A DNA stretch of 32,000 nucleotides from Candidatus Heimdallarchaeota archaeon. GTDB taxonomy: Archaea > Asgardarchaeota > Heimdallarchaeia > Heimdallarchaeales > Kariarchaeaceae. The position numbers and the translations under genes were made by a program. The notes beneath the pieces are model-generated. The model was not told where the DNA came from, did not search any database, and saw only the letters and a list, made by a program, of their open reading frames with translations. The DNA is taken from assembly GCA_030149205.1 (NCBI GenBank), contig JASBSB010000001.1:570001-602000 (forward strand), written 5' to 3'. The first letter of the stretch is position 1; the number at the start of each line of letters is the position of its first letter. Positions 9,626-17,041 of the stretch are shown one piece after another.

Positions 9626-9958
9626 TTATAGTTTTGGTGGAGATGGTCTCCCAACACCAGTATTTTGAGGGGGAGTGGTCTGAGGAGTTGAGGCTTGAGT
9701 AGGTGGAGAGGAAGATGGACTTTTCGGCCCTGCCAGAGCTTTTACGACAGTTTTGAAATCATCTTCTAAGAGATCTATTCTTTCTTTAAGATCATTCAAC
9801 ATGGTACTGAATTTAGCATTGGCCTCTTCAAGTTGTGTTGTGAGATCTTCAACAATCCTTGCTAGGTCTTCTGAAGTTTTTAATGAGTTTCCTGCTACTA
9901 CTTCGTCAGGAAGAAGGTCATCCAAATCTACTTTTTTCTTTTTTTTTCTAAAACTCAT
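9626..9958 (-). CDS. Small protein: polybasic N-terminus, coiled coil, Pro/Ser/Thr-rich tail
   Basis: ATG 6 nt after the GTPase stop; RKKKKK, acidic DLDDLLPDE, heptad pattern LARIVEDLTTQLEEANAKFSTMLNDLKERIDLLEDDF, tail ending PSPPKL. Confidence 0.75.
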   Translation of the reverse strand: MSFRKKKKKVDLDDLLPDEVVAGNSLKTSEDLARIVEDLTTQLEEANAKFSTMLNDLKERIDLLEDDFKTVVKALAGPKSPSSSPPTQASTPQTTPPQNTGVGRPSPPKL

Positions 9959-9964
9959 GATCGA

Positions 9965-10528
9965 TCACACTGTTCTTTCTGAGGCTAGGAATTGCTCGAT
10001 ATTTCTTAGTAAGGTCTGGAAAGCTTCATCTACATTACTTCCATCTTTGGCACTGGTTTCAACATAGGGGATCTCAAAATGACTCCAAGAAGATAATGTG
10101 TTTGCATACTCTTGTCCTGCATCCATTGAGATTGCATTTTCAGAGGAGTCTCTAAGGTCACTTTTGTTTCCAATTAACACCATTGGAACAACTCTCTTCT
10201 TATTATTCTCAAAGAGCTCAGTTATCCAATTTGGAATATTCTCAAATGTCTCTCCTCTGGTAATGTCAAAGACCAATAACGCACCAGTTGCTCCTTGGTA
10301 ATAAACCTCTCTAACACTCTGGAAGCGAATCTGTCCAGCTAAGTCCCAAATTTGAGCAACAATTTCTATTCCATCCAAAGTTACTCGCTTTACTGCAAAA
10401 TCCGCACCGATTGTCATTTGATAACTTTTCTTAAAACCTTCTCCCAAATATCTGGTTCTTAATGCAGTCTTACCAACGGCACCGTCTCCAAGTAAAACAA
10501 TTTTAAATATTTTTCTTCTACTGCTCAT
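9965..10528 (-). CDS. Rab-like small GTPase (Ras superfamily)
   Basis: G1 GDGAVGKT, switch I YQMTIGADF, G3 WDLAGQ, RFQSV, YYQGA, LVFDIT, G4 NKSD, G5 ETSAK; no C-terminal Cys; SD-like GAAGGGG upstream. Confidence 0.93.
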   Translation of the reverse strand: MSSRRKIFKIVLLGDGAVGKTALRTRYLGEGFKKSYQMTIGADFAVKRVTLDGIEIVAQIWDLAGQIRFQSVREVYYQGATGALLVFDITRGETFENIPNWITELFENNKKRVVPMVLIGNKSDLRDSSENAISMDAGQEYANTLSSWSHFEIPYVETSAKDGSNVDEAFQTLLRNIEQFLASERTV

Positions 10529-10560
10529 TTTATTAGCCCCTTCTTTGACAATACCATATT

Positions 10561-10630
10561 AGGCAGATTGCCTGACTTTTGATAAATCTTTCCCTAATTT
10601 ATCAAGAGCTTTTACTTAATCATAATTATG
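10561..10630. promoter_or_regulatory. Three consecutive palindromes upstream of the GTPase gene
   Basis: AGGCA-N3-TGCCT (10561-10573), TTGATAAAT-N9-ATTTATCAA (10579-10605), CATAATTATG (10621-10630). Confidence 0.4.
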
Positions 10631-10828
10631 TTTTCAAGTTCTTATATCTTACTCAAATGATTGGTTATTAAGTCCAATTGCACCTTAAAAAATGAAATGT
10701 TTACCTCTGAGCCTAAAAACAGGAATTACTTAAATTGAAGCAATTTATTTAGAAATGAATTAGATAAAATATAAAAAATTTCTAGGAGAACCAACCATCT
10801 TTTTTACTTTGAATTCATAAGTTATTGA

Positions 10829-11206
10829 ATGTCTTCAATAATTTTCCTTAAAACTGGCATGTATCAGCAGACATTGGAATTTTACAAAAAGCGTCTTGGA
10901 TTTCAAGAGTGGCTTTCACAGCCAGAAATTGAAATAATCTCAAGGGACGGGTTATTATTAGGTTTTCAAAGAAATTTATCAACCACTGGAATGGACATAG
11001 TTTTGACAATTTTTGTGAAAACAAAAGATGAGGTAGAGCTGATGTATCGTGAATTAATTGAATTTGCTCTTGATAAACCAAAGAAAAATGAAAAGTATAA
11101 GATCTATAATTTTTACCTAAATGACCCAGAGGGAAGAACAGTTGAAATTCAAATGTTTGAACATGAAACAAGAAAACTTGATGTTGATAAGAATTTTTTT
11201 AATTAA
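10829..11206 (+). CDS. VOC/glyoxalase family protein
   Basis: 125 aa; FYKKRLGF, LTIFVKTKDEV, FYLNDPEGRTVEIQ. Confidence 0.85.
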   Translation: MSSIIFLKTGMYQQTLEFYKKRLGFQEWLSQPEIEIISRDGLLLGFQRNLSTTGMDIVLTIFVKTKDEVELMYRELIEFALDKPKKNEKYKIYNFYLNDPEGRTVEIQMFEHETRKLDVDKNFFN

Positions 11207-11225
11207 GTCAAGAAGAAGTTAAGAA

Positions 11226-12728
11226 TCAATTATTCCTAGTAATTTTGAATTGGCAAAATTCTGCGCCAGTTCCTTGACAATGAACTTCTTCAACAGATGC
11301 TTCATAACCAATCAGAACGCTTAAGCGACCAACCAAAAACCCAGCGAGAAAATCACAAAGTGTTTTACCAACATTACTGATACCCGCAACAGCACAATAG
11401 TCATAGACATTTAACATATAATCCCCAATTTCAGTTGTTTTAAGTCGAACTACTCCCCACTCTTTGGTTAATAACGTTGTAGGGTGAGTCATATATCGAT
11501 ATAACCCTTCAACACCAGAGTCTATATCTAATGGTAAACTATAAGGTTCCTCTTCATCCTCAAACATTGAATCCAAAATTTCATAAAGGAGGGTCTTTCC
11601 CCAACCAAATAATCCAAGTTCTCTACCGCTGGAATATAAAATCGATCCTAAAAAATCATCCATTAGTTTAAGCGAAACGATAATAGGTTGTAATGAACTT
11701 ATATGAACAAAATCACCAGCAATTGATCTTAGTCTCTTTCTCATGAACAAGCTTTCTTCTAGATTTACGGCAATTTCATGTGAGCTCTCATAAAATTTTA
11801 GTCTACGGTTATTGATGTCAATTTTATCTTCTTCTCTCGGTTGTCTTCGTTTTGTTGAATTATCTCCAAAAGTAATTCGAAAGATGCATGAATCACTTCG
11901 GTTAGCTGCACATGCAATTTCTTCTCCGACGGCATAAGCACCAAGTAAAGTCTCCGTCACACCTGCCAGCATACCCGCAGTATAATCACACATTGGTTCT
12001 CCAACATCGATACCTAAAGCTCCAGATACGAGACCTTTAATTTCGATAGTGTATGAACTATCATCATAGCTTAATGCCTTAGCCTCATCTGCAAAGTATG
12101 TAGGGACTACCTCTTTATCTGAAAAATAAAGTTCCAGTGCATCTAATAAATATTTTAACCTCTTGCTTCGTCTGGCAGTTTTACCGAGCCTTGGTTCTAA
12201 AATGCTTAAGACGTGAAACATGATACCATATTTCCCAAGTTGATTCCCTGCTTGATACACAAGAGTGGGAACTAAAGGATCTAAACTGTATAGTGATAGC
12301 AAGGTAAGTTGATAAGGAGCTATGTGAATAAAATCTCCCACATTATGCCGTAACATTCGAGTACCAGTTAATGACTGCCATGAATTGTGTGTGAGTTCTA
12401 ATAGAGAGGTTTTTGATTTAACAACCCTTTCTTTATTTTCCACTGCAAGTGTTAGTAATGTGTTCCATAGAATCTCCCGAACTGTGTCATCATCCATTCC
12501 ACCTTGAAGTACAATCTGATCATTTATCATCAATGTTGGTAAACTGTGAACTCCGTAGATGTTGGCAGCATCAGGATTTTCATTAACGTCAACTGTGTTC
12601 ACATAGATAAAGTCTTTCATTGCACCTCCCACTACTTCACGAACAATGGATTCTACTGGGGGACAATAAATACAATCATCACTAGTGAACATTAACAACC
12701 GAATTGGTGGATCACCAACATTACTCAC
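11226..12728 (-). CDS. Thioredoxin domain fused to two tandem V4R domains
   Basis: GTG start; CIYC and SLPT cis-Pro loop; internal repeat RHNVGDFIHI..YQAGNQLG / RSIAGDFVHI..YSSGRELG; two C..E-x-x-C..C sets (CDYTAG..EIAC..CIF; CDFLAG..EVHC..CQF). Confidence 0.85.
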   Translation of the reverse strand: MSNVGDPPIRLLMFTSDDCIYCPPVESIVREVVGGAMKDFIYVNTVDVNENPDAANIYGVHSLPTLMINDQIVLQGGMDDDTVREILWNTLLTLAVENKERVVKSKTSLLELTHNSWQSLTGTRMLRHNVGDFIHIAPYQLTLLSLYSLDPLVPTLVYQAGNQLGKYGIMFHVLSILEPRLGKTARRSKRLKYLLDALELYFSDKEVVPTYFADEAKALSYDDSSYTIEIKGLVSGALGIDVGEPMCDYTAGMLAGVTETLLGAYAVGEEIACAANRSDSCIFRITFGDNSTKRRQPREEDKIDINNRRLKFYESSHEIAVNLEESLFMRKRLRSIAGDFVHISSLQPIIVSLKLMDDFLGSILYSSGRELGLFGWGKTLLYEILDSMFEDEEEPYSLPLDIDSGVEGLYRYMTHPTTLLTKEWGVVRLKTTEIGDYMLNVYDYCAVAGISNVGKTLCDFLAGFLVGRLSVLIGYEASVEEVHCQGTGAEFCQFKITRNN

Positions 12729-12828
12729 AAATAGTGTAGGGTAAGCATATGTCTTAAATTTACCTTTTATATCAGTTCAATCTGAAAATTATTCTTTTTA
12801 AAAAAAACTAGAGATTGTAAAATTTAAT

Positions 12829-13599
12829 TTAGTTTTCCCATAATGAATCGTAGAGCCATTTGAAAGTACTGCTTAAATCTGATTCTAAGGTCTGCAAAAC
12901 AAGTGTTTCGAGAGAGGTATAATTTCCTGTAAAGAGTAAAAATAAGATATCATCAATTAGAATAAACGAGCTTCGTAGCTGTGGGTTTGACTTTATCTCT
13001 ACTTCCAATCCAACATCTTGAAAATAACGCTTTAACCTTAATTCTAAATGTGCTCTTACATTGTCATCGTTAACTAGATATCTAATTTGTACCCTTCTGT
13101 CTCGCAACTTTCTTAAAGAGCTTCCAATTTTTGACCAGTCTACTTTTGTGGTGCTAGTGGAGACAGCAATGTCAATGTATCGTTGAGCTTGGCTTAGGGT
13201 TTTTTCAAGGTAGTATTCTATCTCCTTGAAGGGCAATATCTTTGCTCCAGGTGAGATTTCTTCACTCAAACTCTTCCTCCAGAATTCTGTTAGATAATCA
13301 CTTAGTTGCTGAAGTTTCTCCTCTTTTTCAATTAATAAATTCCTTTCTTTTGCTAACATGCTGGATATACTTTCCTTTGGTGGAGCTGGCCAAAGCTTTT
13401 TGTCATTTGAATTTTTAATCACAAATTTTTTTATTTCAAGTTTTTTTAGTGTTTCATAAATTCTTGATTTGGATATATTCGTTTGTTCAGCGATCTCGGA
13501 AACAGACAAGGGTCCATTCGTGATAAGGGAAAGATAAATTTTTGCCTCATTAAGGTTTAAATTAAAATTCTTTTTTATCTGGGAAAGCAAGTCTGCCAT
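12829..13599 (-). CDS. TrmB-family transcriptional regulator (wHTH, short coil, PLD-like effector domain)
   Basis: NLNEAKIYLSLITNGPLSVSEIAEQTNISKSRIYETLKKL; C-terminal AQRYIDIAV, RRVQIRYLV, FILIDD. Confidence 0.88.
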   Translation of the reverse strand: MADLLSQIKKNFNLNLNEAKIYLSLITNGPLSVSEIAEQTNISKSRIYETLKKLEIKKFVIKNSNDKKLWPAPPKESISSMLAKERNLLIEKEEKLQQLSDYLTEFWRKSLSEEISPGAKILPFKEIEYYLEKTLSQAQRYIDIAVSTSTTKVDWSKIGSSLRKLRDRRVQIRYLVNDDNVRAHLELRLKRYFQDVGLEVEIKSNPQLRSSFILIDDILFLLFTGNYTSLETLVLQTLESDLSSTFKWLYDSLWEN

Positions 13600-13652
13600 A
13601 AAACAACATCACAAAGGGGATATTTTAATGATAGGAATCAATTCAAAACATA

Positions 13653-14627
13653 TTATACCATCTGGGGCTTGATTATGTGAGTAATTCTAAATAAACTTAC
13701 TATTTTATCTTTTGAAATTCTATCAGATTCTAAAAACCCAAAATACATGAAGAACACAGATATAACCTCACTAATATATAATGTCCCAAGACCAAATCCT
13801 GAGAAGAAAGCACCCTGACCTAAAATCAATGCACCAACTGCGATGTACAAGTTGAATATTCCAGTCTTCCATTCATAATGAGATAATTGTTTTTTAATGG
13901 ATCTTTGCCATGCATAGTAGGAATAAAAACCGCCGCCAATTAATGCAATTCCCCCTGGAACTGTGTGTAAGGGAGAAAACAACCTCACAAGCGCACGTCC
14001 AGTCCCAAGATCAGATTGTTGCCAACCTAGTCCTGATACCTCACTCCCATGACTCAGAATAGATAGATTCACAGGTGTTACGATAGCAAAATAAGTCATA
14101 ATAAGAGTGATGTATAGACTGAATCCTAAAAAGAGATGAGCGAAGTTGATACCCGTTAGATATCTTTTCCACCACTCTCGAATCGGATTTACAGTTGGGA
14201 GAAAGAAAATGAGAGTTGAGGATAAAAGGAAAACAGTAGATGGTATTAAAATTAGTAAAAACACCATGGATCGAGATAGAAATATTAAACTAAAGAAAAA
14301 CCAGATTAATGAAAATATAAACAGGGCTTTATGGCTGTTGTTCCCATTGATTATATCTCTAGTACCAAATAAATACAAAACTCCAACCCCCATAAATGTA
14401 ACTTGAACAGCTGCAAGAACATAGTATATTTTGTAGATTATTGGATTCCATGATTGTAAGGCAACAGCTAATGCTTCAAACCCAGCAGTGACAAAAAATA
14501 ACAGCATAGCTATTGCCCACATCAATTGCTGAAGTTTATGTTTTCGAAAGTACTGTTCCAACACACTGAAGAAGAATAACAATGAGAGGAAAGAGGTAAT
14601 GAAAGGAAAGACTGCATTATAATCCAT
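13653..14627 (-). CDS. Polytopic membrane protein (about 8-9 TM), possibly sensor-like
   Basis: Hydrophobic helices throughout; N-terminal QYFRKHKLQQLMWAIAM..WNPIIYKIYY pattern; no recognisable soluble domain. Confidence 0.7.
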   Translation of the reverse strand: MDYNAVFPFITSFLSLLFFFSVLEQYFRKHKLQQLMWAIAMLLFFVTAGFEALAVALQSWNPIIYKIYYVLAAVQVTFMGVGVLYLFGTRDIINGNNSHKALFIFSLIWFFFSLIFLSRSMVFLLILIPSTVFLLSSTLIFFLPTVNPIREWWKRYLTGINFAHLFLGFSLYITLIMTYFAIVTPVNLSILSHGSEVSGLGWQQSDLGTGRALVRLFSPLHTVPGGIALIGGGFYSYYAWQRSIKKQLSHYEWKTGIFNLYIAVGALILGQGAFFSGFGLGTLYISEVISVFFMYFGFLESDRISKDKIVSLFRITHIIKPQMV

Positions 14628-14669
14628 GGTTTTGCTTTCAAAAATTACTTAATAAAGTATAGTTCGCTG

Positions 14670-14681
14670 GATTCCGGAATC
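14670..14681. promoter_or_regulatory. Perfect 12-bp palindrome next to TATA box TTTATTAA (14649-14656, minus strand)
   Basis: GATTCCGGAATC, 50% GC, in an AT-rich 61-nt intergenic gap. Confidence 0.45.
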
Positions 14682-14688
14682 GAGTGGA

Positions 14689-16767
14689 CTAACTAAATCT
14701 CTTTTGAATTAGAGTTGCTTTATTTCTAATCTCTGGATTTTTATCATTGCTAAGGGGATCGACAAATTGTCTGTAAGCTTCAAGTTTGTCTAGGCTTACT
14801 TCTCTTGTTAGTTCCTCCAAGTAGTTGACAATTGATAGTCTCGCAGATGAATCCTTCTTAACCAAGAGTTCAATAGATTTAATAGAGTTAGGTTCATCAA
14901 TGTGCTGTAGATAAAAGGTCACAACATCATCTAAAATGACTCTACTTAACCTCAAATTGTCTGGAACAAGTTTAATCTCTTTGTTATTATTATAAACCAG
15001 AAAAATTAGTAATGAGACCAAGATTGGTTCTTCTTCAAATTCCTGAATTTCTGATTCATTATAGAGGGATAGTGGAATTTGGATTGGATTTTTCAATTCT
15101 GGATCGTTTGAAAATTTAATAAGTGAAATTAGAGTCCTATAGATTTCGATTTTTATGCTCCTGTTTTCCTCAGATTTAAATTCGTTCACAAGAAGTCTTG
15201 TTATTTTTTGGTAGTCACTTGATGAATCAATAATTAGGTTATCAACCACCCAAAACTCTTTAGATGATAAGACATTCAAACTGTTAATTGTTAATTGATT
15301 AGCTTGAGAAAGTAGAAAATTTTTGAGCAAGAACTGTTTGAAACTGTTAACAACCAGGAGCCCTAGAATGGATGGAAAATTAATCTTTCCTTCTAAAACA
15401 TCTTGAAACTCAGTGGGCATGTACATATTCAAATATTCTCTACACACATCAGAATATTCAATGCTACTATTGTTAATTAATTTATCAAGAAGGTTAACAA
15501 GTTCTAAGTTTCTAAGGATACTATACTCAATAGAATCTAAAGCCTCTACAACATTATAAATATCACAAGACCCATTGTTAAAATAACTTGTACAGGTATT
15601 AATTTCTGTTTCTGTTGTCACTCCATTTTCTTCAAGCATATTCAGAATGTTTTCCAAAGTGGGATTTGACAGAACCACAAGTTCTTGATTAAGGTTAAAC
15701 TTTTGAAGAAACTGGACAAAAAAGATTTCAGATTCAGTGAGCTTTGGCTTATCCATATCTTCAATTGCATATTCATATTTATAGGATTGAAAAAATTCAG
15801 AAAGGTTATTTTCAAGGAATACCTGAATTATAGTTTCTCGATTTAAAAAGGGTTGTTGATAAAGAGAAAAATATAAGTTATATTTAGAGATATATTCCAG
15901 CAACTGGTAATCTAAGGATGAAAGTGAGGGTACAATGGCTGAATAGAGTTTCTCAAAAAATCCAAGAATTCTTGGAAGAAAGTTGACTATTTTTAATTTT
16001 ACCTCAACGTTTGAACCAGCTAACTTTTGTAACATGAAATAAATTGAATCTGGAAACCCATTTAAACCGTTTTCTTTTAAATTTTTAATGATTTCATCCA
16101 TCTGATCCTCAAACGGGTTAAATTTGATTTTAGTATTAACTGAGGCCAATTTTGTCAGTTCCTTAATTAAAAACTCTAAGATTTTACCATCCATTTGGTC
16201 TGTTAACCGAGATTGTCTAAGTAAAAACATTCGAGTGTGTTTATTTTTTGGTTTTAACAGTGACCTAATTAATTTTTGGGATGTTAATTTGGGTAATTTC
16301 GCCTTCAAAATAGTTGGTAAGATAGATTCTGTCCCCTCATATTTTAAAATCTCTAAAACAAGATCCACAGATTTTGAGTCTTTTACTTCAAGAGTTTTTT
16401 TCAGAACATCTAATGAATGGTTGAGGTCTTCATCCTCATAGTTTTCACTAATATAGAGAGAAGAAAATTTTTTGGCAACAAATTTTATCAAACTATCTTC
16501 TAGTGCGTTAATTTGAGCAAATCTGAAAAGACGAGGAATTGCCTTTAATTTACGTTTATCAATTAATAATATTATCAGTTCTTTTCTTATTTTTTCATCT
16601 TGATCAGTTTGAACCACTTTCCAAACAAATTCAATTACCTTTTCCTTGTCCCAATGGTCTCTTATGAATGATATTGCTTGTTCTCTGTTGTTGTAATCCA
16701 AACTGTTTACTAGAACTGACACAGCGTCAGCCAAGTCAGTAAAACCCGTAGCTTTTGTACCTGACAC
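14689..16767 (-). CDS. Large alpha-helical HEAT/ARM-like solenoid protein
   Basis: Leu/Ile/Lys/Glu-rich amphipathic helices; HEAT-like DQDEKIRKELI and LSNDKNPEIRNKA. Open frame runs to 16908, but its first 47 codons look intergenic, so GTG 16767 is preferred. Confidence 0.65.
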   Translation of the reverse strand: MSGTKATGFTDLADAVSVLVNSLDYNNREQAISFIRDHWDKEKVIEFVWKVVQTDQDEKIRKELIILLIDKRKLKAIPRLFRFAQINALEDSLIKFVAKKFSSLYISENYEDEDLNHSLDVLKKTLEVKDSKSVDLVLEILKYEGTESILPTILKAKLPKLTSQKLIRSLLKPKNKHTRMFLLRQSRLTDQMDGKILEFLIKELTKLASVNTKIKFNPFEDQMDEIIKNLKENGLNGFPDSIYFMLQKLAGSNVEVKLKIVNFLPRILGFFEKLYSAIVPSLSSLDYQLLEYISKYNLYFSLYQQPFLNRETIIQVFLENNLSEFFQSYKYEYAIEDMDKPKLTESEIFFVQFLQKFNLNQELVVLSNPTLENILNMLEENGVTTETEINTCTSYFNNGSCDIYNVVEALDSIEYSILRNLELVNLLDKLINNSSIEYSDVCREYLNMYMPTEFQDVLEGKINFPSILGLLVVNSFKQFLLKNFLLSQANQLTINSLNVLSSKEFWVVDNLIIDSSSDYQKITRLLVNEFKSEENRSIKIEIYRTLISLIKFSNDPELKNPIQIPLSLYNESEIQEFEEEPILVSLLIFLVYNNNKEIKLVPDNLRLSRVILDDVVTFYLQHIDEPNSIKSIELLVKKDSSARLSIVNYLEELTREVSLDKLEAYRQFVDPLSNDKNPEIRNKATLIQKRFS

Positions 16768-17041
16768 TAAGTTATATCGTTTCTTATTTTTAAAGTTCCT
16801 ACGATAGAGTACACTTAAAATTATGCGCAATTGCACAATATAATTATTAAAATTCTCATTGAGACGGTATTCTTTAATTAATTCATAAGAAAAGGATAAT
16901 TCAATCAAGAATTAAATCAATTAACTAATTATTATTTATGTATATACTTATTAGTATTTATGAAAAAAAATAATGCAAGAGAGCCTGAATTTAACTGTCC
17001 TACTATAACTTTATTTGTTCTGAAAAAGGATTGATGTTAGA

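Noticed and set aside
9965-9967. Selenocysteine recoding of the GTPase UGA
   Set aside because: No SECIS-like hairpin was recognised, and the position is not a redox site; general read-through remains open
16768-16908. N-terminal 47-codon extension of the HEAT-like ORF
   Set aside because: Very AT-rich with intergenic-like composition; treated as promoter region pending TSS data
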